A stretch of 53,444 nt of DNA from a virus. Lineage: Duplodnaviria; Caudoviricetes. Positions 9,501 to 17,048 of the stretch are shown here, piece by piece (within the stretch, counting starts at the first letter, position 1; the number at the start of each line of letters is the position of its first letter). Below the pieces are notes generated by a model. The model was not told the origin of the DNA, did no database searches, and worked only from the letters and a program-made list of their open reading frames with translations. The position numbers and the translations under genes were made by a program. Where the stretch lies: IMG/VR virus record IMGVR_UViG_3300030329_003629, positions 1 to 53,444 of that record, one strand, 5' to 3'.

Positions 9501-12041
9501 CTCTACTTGATTCTCTAACTCAATTAACTCAGCTTGTTGTTTTTTAGTTAACTGTTTATTATACTGATTTATTTCATTATTAAGTTCTTGTTGTCTTAAT
9601 AAATTTCCTAACAACTTTTGTTTCTGCGAAGTAGGTAGATTGGCAGGAATTTGATTCATCACTCCTACCACCTGATCATAGTCGGCAATTATTTTTTTAC
9701 CCTCACTCTCTGTAATTTCATTATTTAAAATTCTTTGTTTGGTTTTTTCTATAAACGCCTCTCGTACTACAGGTTCATTATGCACCTCTTCAAACATCTC
9801 AAAAACACCAGGGTCTAATTGTGTAAAGTCTCCAGTAGATGCCGCAAAAGATATCGCGGGGATAGTTCCTATTACGAAACCTCCAACCATCTCTTGAGCT
9901 CCCGCTCTTATAACTTGCTTTACTCCATCGGTAAAACTCTCAGGAGTAGTAAACATATCTTTATCTTTTACCGCATTATATACTTCTTTAAAAGTTATGT
10001 CAGCTACTTCTTGAGCCAGCCCTGTTTCAAACTCCGCTAACCCTGCAGCCGTTACTATTAAAGTTCCTTGAGCAACCATATTATCCACTTCTTTCTTAAC
10101 TACCTGCCTAAAGTTTTTCCCGGTAATATTTTTGCCATGCTTATTCATGACTCTCATTAAAACTTTATTAGCCACCCCTTTTTGAGCTAAAGCATTTCTC
10201 AATCCCACATTTTCTAATACACCTACGACTATCCCTAAGGGGATAGTGAACACTGCTTTTTCCGCCTCACTAATATTAGCAAAATCAGGATCGTTCTGCA
10301 TTTCTTCATTTAAATGGTCTTCAACTTGCGATATCATGTTTACCACACGAATAGGTGTAGGCCCTAACATAGCAGGTACCGATTCCATTACTCCTATTAA
10401 AGCTCCTCCCCAAAAACCTTTTTTAGTTTCTGCGGTATACTCTCGCGTTACATCCTGGTATCCCACCACCTCTCTCAGTCCCTTTCGGGTGGCGTCTAAC
10501 ATACCCATCTTTCCATCATAATCTGGGTAATTAGCAAAAGCTGAAAACGGATTTGGGACTTGCTCTTCTCCTGCTTCTACATCATATTTTACCGCTTTAC
10601 GAGCTTCATCTCTAATTTCTTTTTCTATATCATCTAATAAAGAAGTGGTTACTGTTCGGGTAGTCTCCATGAATTCAAAATCTTCCTCCACTTCTGTTGA
10701 TGTACCAACTGTATCTTTAATTAATTGTTTTATTCTTTCAAATTCTTCAGGGTCCTTTATGATTTCTTCTATTCGTTCAGCTGTATACGTATCCCCTAAG
10801 GCTCCCGCTTCCTTAGCCTTCATTAATACTTTTCTTCTATAGGTTTGTGGAGATACCACAAAACCTTCTAAGGGTCCTACGTATGATATTAGATCTATCA
10901 TTCGATTTAACTTTTGAGTGCTAAAACGAGCAACACCGTCCATCCACGCATTCCATGCAGATCCCCAAATACCCCCTTGTTCTGCCCTCATATCATACCA
11001 TCCTCCTATTTGATAATCTAAATCTTTTCCTTTTCGCGCTAACCCCTGTTCCTCTTCACCCAGAAGAGCTGCAGCTTTTAAAATATTTTCTTTTAATTGC
11101 AAAGGAGTAGTAGACATCTGATTTCCATCAGGGCCTTCTACATAAATTACTTCATTAGGATCCCTCTCATCTAACTTGTTCTGATCATAAAAAGTTTTAG
11201 CCTGTAGATACTGAGCAAGATTATCTCTATATGTTTGAGTTTCTTCCTGAAACTCTTTAATAGAGTTCTCTACCGCTTTCTGTGTTTGAATTTTTTCTCT
11301 CTTTTGAAGATATCCTTCTTCAATACTTTGTAAAGCGGTACTTTCTTTTCTGTTTTCTTTTAAGAAGTTTATTAATTTTTCCGCTCCTTTACTTTCAAAT
11401 CCTAACAAGTTTCCAGTAGCTGGATCTAAATCAATAGTAATTTCTTCATCATTATAAGCCGTAACTTTCATAGCGTCCCGGACGCCGGTTGGCTCAAACT
11501 CAAAACCATAATCATTAAAATGATAATTCATTAACGGAACTACAGTGTGCTCTTCTTCATCAATAAGTTCTGCGTTAATTTGTTGTAGAGACTGTGTAAA
11601 AAAATCATCCCCTATATCATCACTGCTTTCAAATTGAGATGTAGGGTCGGAAGAAAAAGATTCAGGAACTTCAATCTCTGGTGTATCTATTTCTATTCCC
11701 GTTATACCAGTGTCAGTAACAGTAGGTTGTTCAACATCAAGACTTTCGGGTGGATCGGAAAAAACCGATGAGGGTGATTCTTCCTCTTGAATTTCGGTAT
11801 CGGATTCCATAACTTCCTCTTCCCCAGCGCCAGTCCCAACGGGCTTTTTTTTTTCATCAACACCCATTAAGATAGAAAAATCCTCAACAGTTCCGTTATA
11901 TCCTGTCCTTACAAAGTATTCAAAGGTAGCAGTAAGAGCCTCTTCATTACTCTTTACTAACTCTTCATAGTCTACAATGGTACCATTATATCCTGTCTTT
12001 ACAAAATAATCAAACCCGGCCTGGATAGCTTCTTCATTCAT
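3591..12041 (-). CDS. giant internal virion (ejection) / large polyvalent protein with a zincin-like HExxH domain
   Basis: 2816 aa, mostly helical; last of the large genes after the tail genes; TIHIN...TVGHEVMH...NEEKVAELF. Confidence 0.75.
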   Translation of the reverse strand: MNEEAIQAGFDYFVKTGYNGTIVDYEELVKSNEEALTATFEYFVRTGYNGTVEDFSILMGVDEKKKPVGTGAGEEEVMESDTEIQEEESPSSVFSDPPESLDVEQPTVTDTGITGIEIDTPEIEVPESFSSDPTSQFESSDDIGDDFFTQSLQQINAELIDEEEHTVVPLMNYHFNDYGFEFEPTGVRDAMKVTAYNDEEITIDLDPATGNLLGFESKGAEKLINFLKENRKESTALQSIEEGYLQKREKIQTQKAVENSIKEFQEETQTYRDNLAQYLQAKTFYDQNKLDERDPNEVIYVEGPDGNQMSTTPLQLKENILKAAALLGEEEQGLARKGKDLDYQIGGWYDMRAEQGGIWGSAWNAWMDGVARFSTQKLNRMIDLISYVGPLEGFVVSPQTYRRKVLMKAKEAGALGDTYTAERIEEIIKDPEEFERIKQLIKDTVGTSTEVEEDFEFMETTRTVTTSLLDDIEKEIRDEARKAVKYDVEAGEEQVPNPFSAFANYPDYDGKMGMLDATRKGLREVVGYQDVTREYTAETKKGFWGGALIGVMESVPAMLGPTPIRVVNMISQVEDHLNEEMQNDPDFANISEAEKAVFTIPLGIVVGVLENVGLRNALAQKGVANKVLMRVMNKHGKNITGKNFRQVVKKEVDNMVAQGTLIVTAAGLAEFETGLAQEVADITFKEVYNAVKDKDMFTTPESFTDGVKQVIRAGAQEMVGGFVIGTIPAISFAASTGDFTQLDPGVFEMFEEVHNEPVVREAFIEKTKQRILNNEITESEGKKIIADYDQVVGVMNQIPANLPTSQKQKLLGNLLRQQELNNEINQYNKQLTKKQQAELIELENQVEVIQREGQAQIDKDKADAELTTQAINELKEEGVENPTPEQIKNKKDAIQESSPESVDVQVQTEDGRKVGDGDTKRAPSKTSKQKKTPDSRTETEKEVEDLTAIFDEKSGKKEQTEQEQETTEKAVVVDNENDNVTITKSDGTTVSLPGVSVSDNVTVTETAGDPKAVRIIPSLLRQAKNAGLAIAKLIPDLNIVVHATEDAYNQAVSEGSKGKKGSFSLNTNTIHINAPKANTRTVGHEVMHAVLLKKLGIDSKKYSAVTGRMLQSVIKGLPKDSNLKEVIESFAKDYAVEEQNEEKVAELFGYLSAAYTQLDGPTKNIVKRWLQKVAKAVGLPVNITEFTKEEADMIEFFNTVSKKVREGTEVTEGDIEVIEDGTAPIGDPTTINEPSTKEKNQIEFKESYDMSLVTPENKIDLLKLIDDIVAKDQKVWFWVADQLGKGEFNGIEMDAGPSYALDPTNLAANIIWASGMTPKAMANNVEKADYIFIISGSPQASKLFNKKVFDAFANKLGDYGVFKKEALATNPVKAVRDILEKHDSWPSIRRDGNGRKGLLKAIVAQEQTPNTEFHKLVKSKDGFINLDELRDGFYRDNNFEQNDVMLVLKPTEVGGKSKHSTYETNILGEVVGVPDIKLDAFEIMPESLKAKYEGKELGKPAKAQVVAPYGTGVKKISKPKKKTQEKAQKASVEKLAAFYQMKSNGIIWPQGVDPNALNAWANALGFTVERTRGDRGQTTSYKLKKDGKTYRPPREKAQRNVDEKAQKTFNKFDTPLEIITTARDLNFTDAAILDYLTRVRKFTKTEVRELMKINADLLSVIPPSLGNIKGGMKAGVKLFQKVSNFYNKLQTKNAKAKVKLTEQEMMDETMEFLREQAGYKSVAEPGVKGMSTEQSLLMIDIARALGGKQSTNLNEAIRNARIILKAKTKGQRQLKKVQRELRNFMRKTLPKDIYTKQEALKLMRKIEQANNDNIQEIMNEVMEFAAEKNNVRLEASIQALLDPKKTVKKISNILKGVKIDEDTRKRIASIKRRIEKGAKKTEDEVLKYIAELQQEYNEINEKPVKLEGDYTAMADLQIVMNMVSASNLMGNNDLTKVNVLAGVEAELKQMFLTGRTMLKDQLQEAHLEYRRQFEEVYKDITGRRESFRDQALKELQEAGIEKPTEAEIQDKITDIIENIKEQLPEDRQYAQNKDAIRSRGRKLIDGVFRTLGNIMNKHSDLFLIMDKISKLPADLFEGVTQKEVTDRIDRASRLFKERMLMNEALIIFKYQELFGKKYKKIVGSFTNKVPNVIFRDAKKVQDAEAAYKDNPTAENNRKLEQEILRQGIGLSPNQMYYLYNQYKDSQNHPGFEAQFGPDYQRIMKDITTELETNYPELKEFADWQVDVLYPSLYNHYNEAYQDIYRTQMPYNVNYAGMVYRDGVEPEGVDLLSGSTQYHNVVAANSTKMRENNKRPIKAMDGTDALFTYMRDMEYFAAYARPVNDINKLFTNPIIKETIENLYGGNVNEMIEAAIQKLANKGMFKSNVRFDSYVNIMQDLFITSRLGINPVVTLKQLTSFITYANDIGFANWIKNAAIGRLGKGQSVSAVWKEIAENSVYMQDRDARSITKALEMYTDKRLGDKDWIRSATGLRVDQRESLVDALMYTTRLGDRGAIYLGGVPNYVYYKNQALEAGKTEKEAIDIAIRKWERDTKRTQQSTDLQDRDYYQTQDAYMRAINMFLTTPKQYLRKEVYAIRNFYKLLKSGGKEGKGTKMQNARTFFTYHVVMPMLFQYVANGFPGLLADWDDEDESDLARAAILGNVNGLLILGEVAVNLAHIFQGKPLSFLGFKNLPVVTQFEEVFKNLYKWLNTKDPTKKEEAGFKALMELGQFTGMPLRNISKIFENLEKLAKGGEDPAKIIMRLFNFSEYQIQSEAERKRNNKRKRKTKKKVKKEVEDNTIFKDSKKDESTIFPKGKKDDNRIFDTGKKNDNRIFK

Positions 12042-12043
12042 TA

Positions 12044-13894
12044 TTATTCGTCAGTTTTGGTATTAAAGCCTGCTCCTGTCTCATCACCTCCCTTATTTTT
12101 TTGATCCTCTATAGCTTTTAGAATTGACTCTTGCATCCACGTAGCTACCTCCGCACTCTTCTTATCAAACACATCTTTTAATTTATACTTATTTTTTCCT
12201 ATACTAAAAGTCATAGTATTACCATCCATACTAACCGAGCCCATACCTAATCCTTTTGGATAGAAGTTTTCTTGCTTTAGAAGTTCACTAAATACTCGGA
12301 CTACTTGGTCGTTAGTCTCTTGGGGCCAAGAAATATTTGGTCCTAAGTCTGACTGTCTTGCCCAGTCTGCTATAGTCACTTCATTTCCATCTTTATCTGT
12401 TACCAGTGCCTGTGTATCATATTCAATAGATTTTTTAGGACCACTTATCGTCTGTATATTTCTTGTTGTCTCTCTCCCTTGAAGTTCCTTGCTACCTCCT
12501 GCATCGAGCCATGCGTCAAATTCCGCATCAGATAATCCGGATGCTTTCCACAATAACCTCATAGATTCTTCGGGGCTTTTATCTTCAGTGTTAATTTCTA
12601 AAGGATCTCTTCCAGGATAGGTAACTATAAACCCAGTCTCTGTTTGTTCTATATCACTGATTGCTCCATTACTTGCATCCACTAAATATCTTAGTCCTGC
12701 CGCTGATTCATCTGCATCTCCCGATACTGCTAACATTAGATTCTTACCTCGAGAAAGAAGTGTCTTATCTTTATCTCCCTTCGCAATAGAAGCCGCACTT
12801 CGTTGTTGAGGAGGGAATTCTTTCATAGTTTCTTCTCTTCCTAACTTAGCTTTAAGAGAGTCTACTAAAAATTTCTTAGCTGCTTTTTTCTGCCCCTCGG
12901 TAATAGCTGGTTCTACTATCACTCCATTTTCTTTATATCCCATAACAATGATAGGGTTTTGCTCTTCTCTACCTTTATTATCTTGATTCCATTGATCGAA
13001 CTCTTCTTGAGACCCTGCTCTAAACTTTTCTCCTTTATCATTAGTAATATTATTATCAGCGATTATACTACCTATACTCATATTATCTTTCATCGCCGCA
13101 TCTGCTTTAAGATTTATATAATCTTCAGCTTCAGGTGTTTGCATAAAGTCATCAATAGTAACTACTGCTCTGCTGCTTCCGTCTTTTCCTTGAGTAGTGG
13201 CATTTCCTGCTGTAATATAGTCTCCTAATTCATTGGAAGACTGAGTGATCCAGTCTCCAACATTTACTTTATTGATTTCCTGTTTACTAATAGCAGTCAT
13301 TCTATTGATACTAATTAAATCATCAGGACCAGTAAGGAGATTGCCATTTTCATCTATACGTCCAAAAGCTAAATTTCCTGTGTCAGGATTAGTAACTAAC
13401 TGTAAATTACTTAAGTTTCCAAAAGACTCCATTCTCTCCCCTAAGTATTGTTCTAAAGAACTGGACTCTCCACCTTGCATTCTCTCAGTGTATCTTTTAA
13501 AATCAGTATCCCAGCTCTTAGCATTTTTTTCAAACTGAGTAAACCCTGAACTTATATTATTTTTTATTTTCTGAAAATCTTGCGGACGTATCTCTCCTCT
13601 TTTCATTCTTTGTTCTGCTTCATAGATAGCATTAGCAGCATTGTTAGCTCCGTCAATAGTCATATCCATTAACGTCTTATTATCGAGCGCGTCTAATTCA
13701 TTAAGCTTTTTTAAATTCTCAGCGGTATCCTTATCAATTTCATCTTTTCGTTTTTGCCTATCATCTCTAACAGCCGCAAAGGCATCCGTAATTGTTTTAG
13801 CATGTTCCGCCCAATTTATAGTGCTTCCTTCTCGAGGGGCTACATAAGTATCAAAATCTATATCTCGTTTTGCTTTAGTAGGATCTATAGCCAT
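12044..13894 (-). CDS. putative internal virion/ejection protein
   Basis: 616 aa, helical; position between the small ejection protein and the giant protein. Confidence 0.6.
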   Translation of the reverse strand: MAIDPTKAKRDIDFDTYVAPREGSTINWAEHAKTITDAFAAVRDDRQKRKDEIDKDTAENLKKLNELDALDNKTLMDMTIDGANNAANAIYEAEQRMKRGEIRPQDFQKIKNNISSGFTQFEKNAKSWDTDFKRYTERMQGGESSSLEQYLGERMESFGNLSNLQLVTNPDTGNLAFGRIDENGNLLTGPDDLISINRMTAISKQEINKVNVGDWITQSSNELGDYITAGNATTQGKDGSSRAVVTIDDFMQTPEAEDYINLKADAAMKDNMSIGSIIADNNITNDKGEKFRAGSQEEFDQWNQDNKGREEQNPIIVMGYKENGVIVEPAITEGQKKAAKKFLVDSLKAKLGREETMKEFPPQQRSAASIAKGDKDKTLLSRGKNLMLAVSGDADESAAGLRYLVDASNGAISDIEQTETGFIVTYPGRDPLEINTEDKSPEESMRLLWKASGLSDAEFDAWLDAGGSKELQGRETTRNIQTISGPKKSIEYDTQALVTDKDGNEVTIADWARQSDLGPNISWPQETNDQVVRVFSELLKQENFYPKGLGMGSVSMDGNTMTFSIGKNKYKLKDVFDKKSAEVATWMQESILKAIEDQKNKGGDETGAGFNTKTDE

Positions 13895-13896
13895 TT

Positions 13897-14877
13897 TTAT
13901 ATTTCTTTAAATTCAACATCAATCATGGCGTAATTTACCATATCATACTCCCCTACTCTAATAACTGCCGCTTGATCAATTTCATCTGACATAACTCCTT
14001 GGTACATTCCTTCTTCGTTTTTATATTTAAAGCTGTATATATTTAAACCACTTGGTGATTGACCAATTAAGTTAATGTTTTCTTTTAACCTTCTATCAGA
14101 AAAAATATTAGACGTTGGAGATAATCCACTTGTAAAATCCCTCTGCAGGAAAGATCCAAATTGTGAGGGTTGGCCGCCGCTCAAAGAAAGATGAGACATA
14201 GGACCACCTCCTCCTCCGCCACTCAATGAAAGAGGAGACGAAGTACCTCCGCCGCCGCCGCCACTCAATGAAAGTCCTGCACTACTCAGATCAGCACCTC
14301 CTCCTGTTGGTGTTGGTTTAGCTTTTCCTGGAAATAATGGAACCATCGAGGCTACTCCTGTAACTACACCTGCTGCCCCTTGAATTCCTTGTTGCATAGC
14401 GTCTGCTCGTGCTTTTTGCGCATCTGCCGCGATTTGTTTTTGTTCTTTAGCATAAGCCACATCCATCTCCATTAACTGTTGATTAATTGCATCTTTGGAT
14501 TGAGCTTTAGTAGCTTGTAATCCCGCTACCTCTTTCCCCATAGCAATACGCTGCTGTTCAGCTTGCTCGGCTGAGGTTGCTCCCACCCGGCCCGCTCCAG
14601 CGGCTAATGCCCGAGCATCTCCTTCTTGAAGTGCCTCAGTAGTTTGTTGTGCGACTGCTAAATTGTTTTCAAATTCCGCATCATATGCGTCTAAAGGAAT
14701 AGTAAGTCCTTCATAAAAATCAGTTTCTGCTTTTTTTCTTGCATCCTCCATTGCTTTTTTAGCCTCGGCTGCTGCCTCTTCTCCTTCTCTTTTTGCTTTT
14801 GCTGCTGCGGAAAAACCTTGGTATGCGGAGTATCCCGCGGATGCGATACCTACTACTGCTGTCGTTACTGCTGCCAT
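13897..14877 (-). CDS. putative ejection protein with C-terminal intramolecular-chaperone (peptidase S74-like) domain
   Basis: Hydrophobic Ala/Gly N-terminus, coiled coil, then SDRRLKENI...GLNIYSFKY...YQGVM. Confidence 0.7.
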   Translation of the reverse strand: MAAVTTAVVGIASAGYSAYQGFSAAAKAKREGEEAAAEAKKAMEDARKKAETDFYEGLTIPLDAYDAEFENNLAVAQQTTEALQEGDARALAAGAGRVGATSAEQAEQQRIAMGKEVAGLQATKAQSKDAINQQLMEMDVAYAKEQKQIAADAQKARADAMQQGIQGAAGVVTGVASMVPLFPGKAKPTPTGGGADLSSAGLSLSGGGGGGTSSPLSLSGGGGGGPMSHLSLSGGQPSQFGSFLQRDFTSGLSPTSNIFSDRRLKENINLIGQSPSGLNIYSFKYKNEEGMYQGVMSDEIDQAAVIRVGEYDMVNYAMIDVEFKEI

Positions 14878-14878
14878 A

Positions 14879-15289
14879 TTATATTATTTTTATCATTTCA
14901 TGGGTGTAGGTACTACCTTCTACATACCCTATTTTTTTATAAACATTAATCAAAGGTTTATTTTTAATTAATGCGTAGACATATTTATTTCCTTTTTGTT
15001 CTGCTGTATCACTAATTGTTTTGACTAACAACTCTAATGCAGCCTTTCGGTTTTGGCGATCTTTATAATGTCTATTTGATATTATCCAATCACACCATGC
15101 TGCTTTAGCATTTGTAAGATACATAAATCCTGCACATATAGGTGTATCTTTATCATAAACAATAAATCCTCCGTTCCCATTCTCTGGTAAAAAGTCTTTA
15201 GATGGAGGTGTCCATCTCCAATCTTTCCACCAATCACATAGAATATTATCGTAATCTCCTTCCTTTAGTGGTAATACATTTAATTTCAT
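14879..15289 (-). CDS. GNAT-like acetyltransferase fold protein (tail/ejection module)
   Basis: Position typical of podovirus GNAT-like genes; ICAGFMY...WIIS...YKKIGY. Confidence 0.6.
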   Translation of the reverse strand: MKLNVLPLKEGDYDNILCDWWKDWRWTPPSKDFLPENGNGGFIVYDKDTPICAGFMYLTNAKAAWCDWIISNRHYKDRQNRKAALELLVKTISDTAEQKGNKYVYALIKNKPLINVYKKIGYVEGSTYTHEMIKII

Positions 15290-15294
15290 TACCG

Positions 15295-15302
15295 CAAAGA
15301 TA
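15295..15302 (-). promoter_or_regulatory. Bacteroidota -7 promoter box TATCTTTG
   Basis: TAnnTTTG match 5 nt before the ATG at 15289. Confidence 0.7.
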
Positions 15303-15309
15303 ATAAATT

Positions 15310-16089
15310 CTACGGATAACTTTTCATCACACTACTACCTACAGAAAACAATTCTACTGCAGCCGTATTAGTATTTTGTAAGGTAAACTGCATAAAATAT
15401 CCACGGGCACCATGAGACTCTGCTACCGCATTTTTCATATACATTATATAATTAGTTGCCACTACCGCGGCACTCCCTATAGTTCCCTGCACATCTACAA
15501 CGGTATCATCATAAGTAATACGATTAATATCTCTATCTATTGCCGTTACTTGACCTAAATAAGTTATTACCCCTGCTACAGATGTATATACATAATCACC
15601 AATAGATAATAGACTTCCAATCTCAAAAACAAAATCCATTGTAACCGCAGGTGTTGCTCCCCCTACTACATCTACCGGACCAATACCGTTAGCTGATCGG
15701 GCATTCCAATTAATTGTAGTTTCATTTTCTCTTAGATAAGTAAAAAATTCTCTTTCTTTTTCTACAAACTCAGTAGCTAACATAGACCCACTACCTAATT
15801 CAGTAAATAAAGCAGTACAAGCCCATCTATCATCACTCTCGTATGACATGGTTTTAAATAATTTAATAGTCTGAGGTTCCGTATTAAAGACCGCTGTAAT
15901 CTCAGAGTTATATTGGGTATTATAATAATTATTCCGCGTCTCATTAGTGTTATGTCTAAAAAGATTCCCACCATTAAAACTATAAAAATAACTATTCATC
16001 CCTACCATATACTCTGGTATATAAGAATAGAAAGAAGGCCACCCTTTTGCTTCTTCACTGTACGATAATGTTTTTGGTCCTAAAGGCAT
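15310..16089 (-). CDS. virion structural protein resembling the C-terminal part of the tail nozzle/stabilization protein
   Basis: TLSYSEEAKGWPSFYSYIPE...FVEKE...RGYFMQFTL. Confidence 0.65.
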   Translation of the reverse strand: MPLGPKTLSYSEEAKGWPSFYSYIPEYMVGMNSYFYSFNGGNLFRHNTNETRNNYYNTQYNSEITAVFNTEPQTIKLFKTMSYESDDRWACTALFTELGSGSMLATEFVEKEREFFTYLRENETTINWNARSANGIGPVDVVGGATPAVTMDFVFEIGSLLSIGDYVYTSVAGVITYLGQVTAIDRDINRITYDDTVVDVQGTIGSAAVVATNYIMYMKNAVAESHGARGYFMQFTLQNTNTAAVELFSVGSSVMKSYP

Positions 16090-16090
16090 T

Positions 16091-17035
16091 TTAACAAGCT
16101 GTTATATTAATAATTACTCCATTTTCTGTTTGTACACAGTGCCATGCTCCTGAAAAAAACAAACTAAAATAACCATCCGGCGCAGGAGTTGCTCCATCTG
16201 CGTCAGCAAATAACCAGTCATTTACTGCTGGTTGACCGGGAGTTCCTGAAACAACCGCATGATACCAAGACATCCCTACTGTAGTGTTTAGACAGGCCGC
16301 AGGACAGTCAACATAATTAACTGTTCCTCCATCTACAGCATCTAAAGCTGCGGGACATATAACTTTTAAAGTCCAATCCCAAGTAGAAGGGATACTTTGA
16401 TCGGGAGTATCTATAACAAAATCTATAGTATTAAGGACGGCGGACGTTTTAGGAACTACCATGATAGTCGTTCCCCATCCAACCCCATTAGGATCTAAAT
16501 CTACCCCTCCTGATGCCTGATCAGTATATGGCCCCCATGTAGTCACTCCTCCTGTAGGGACCCATGCTCCTCCACTATATTCTTGAACAGAACCTGTATA
16601 TGTGTTACCACCACTTCCCGCTGCATTACTTACACCGCAACAATTTTCATCTCCAATTAAACCTTGTAAATAACCTCCTGGAACTAAAGGAGAAGAATAT
16701 TCACTTGCACTTACTCCATTATATGTCCATGTACATCTGGCTGTACTGGTCAGTCCTACTGTAAATTCTACTAATACAGCCCCGGTAGTATTACCTACAT
16801 CTACCGTTACTTTACTTTGAGCAAAAACATCTCCGGAAACCGAAGTACCACATGCGGTAATACATGAAATACACGGTTGAGGAGACCCTAATATCCCTCC
16901 TGCCATTTGCCGATATATACCTCCATGACCATACCATCCATCACTGGCTACAATAGTCATAGCTGCATCATCAAATAAACCGGTTGCTAAAGCAAAACTG
17001 TTTCCATCATAATAATAATCTCCTAATGTTGCCAT
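16091..17035 (-). CDS. Cys/Gly-rich virion protein (fibre or decoration)
   Basis: Beta-rich; C-terminal motif shared with the upstream 1603-aa protein. Confidence 0.6.
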   Translation of the reverse strand: MATLGDYYYDGNSFALATGLFDDAAMTIVASDGWYGHGGIYRQMAGGILGSPQPCISCITACGTSVSGDVFAQSKVTVDVGNTTGAVLVEFTVGLTSTARCTWTYNGVSASEYSSPLVPGGYLQGLIGDENCCGVSNAAGSGGNTYTGSVQEYSGGAWVPTGGVTTWGPYTDQASGGVDLDPNGVGWGTTIMVVPKTSAVLNTIDFVIDTPDQSIPSTWDWTLKVICPAALDAVDGGTVNYVDCPAACLNTTVGMSWYHAVVSGTPGQPAVNDWLFADADGATPAPDGYFSLFFSGAWHCVQTENGVIINITAC

Positions 17036-17048
17036 ATCTTTTAATTTT

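Noticed and set aside
3591-12041. Virion RNA polymerase as in crAss-like or N4-like phages
   Set aside because: I saw no DxDxD-type catalytic motif, and host-type promoters are abundant; an HMM search is needed to exclude it fully
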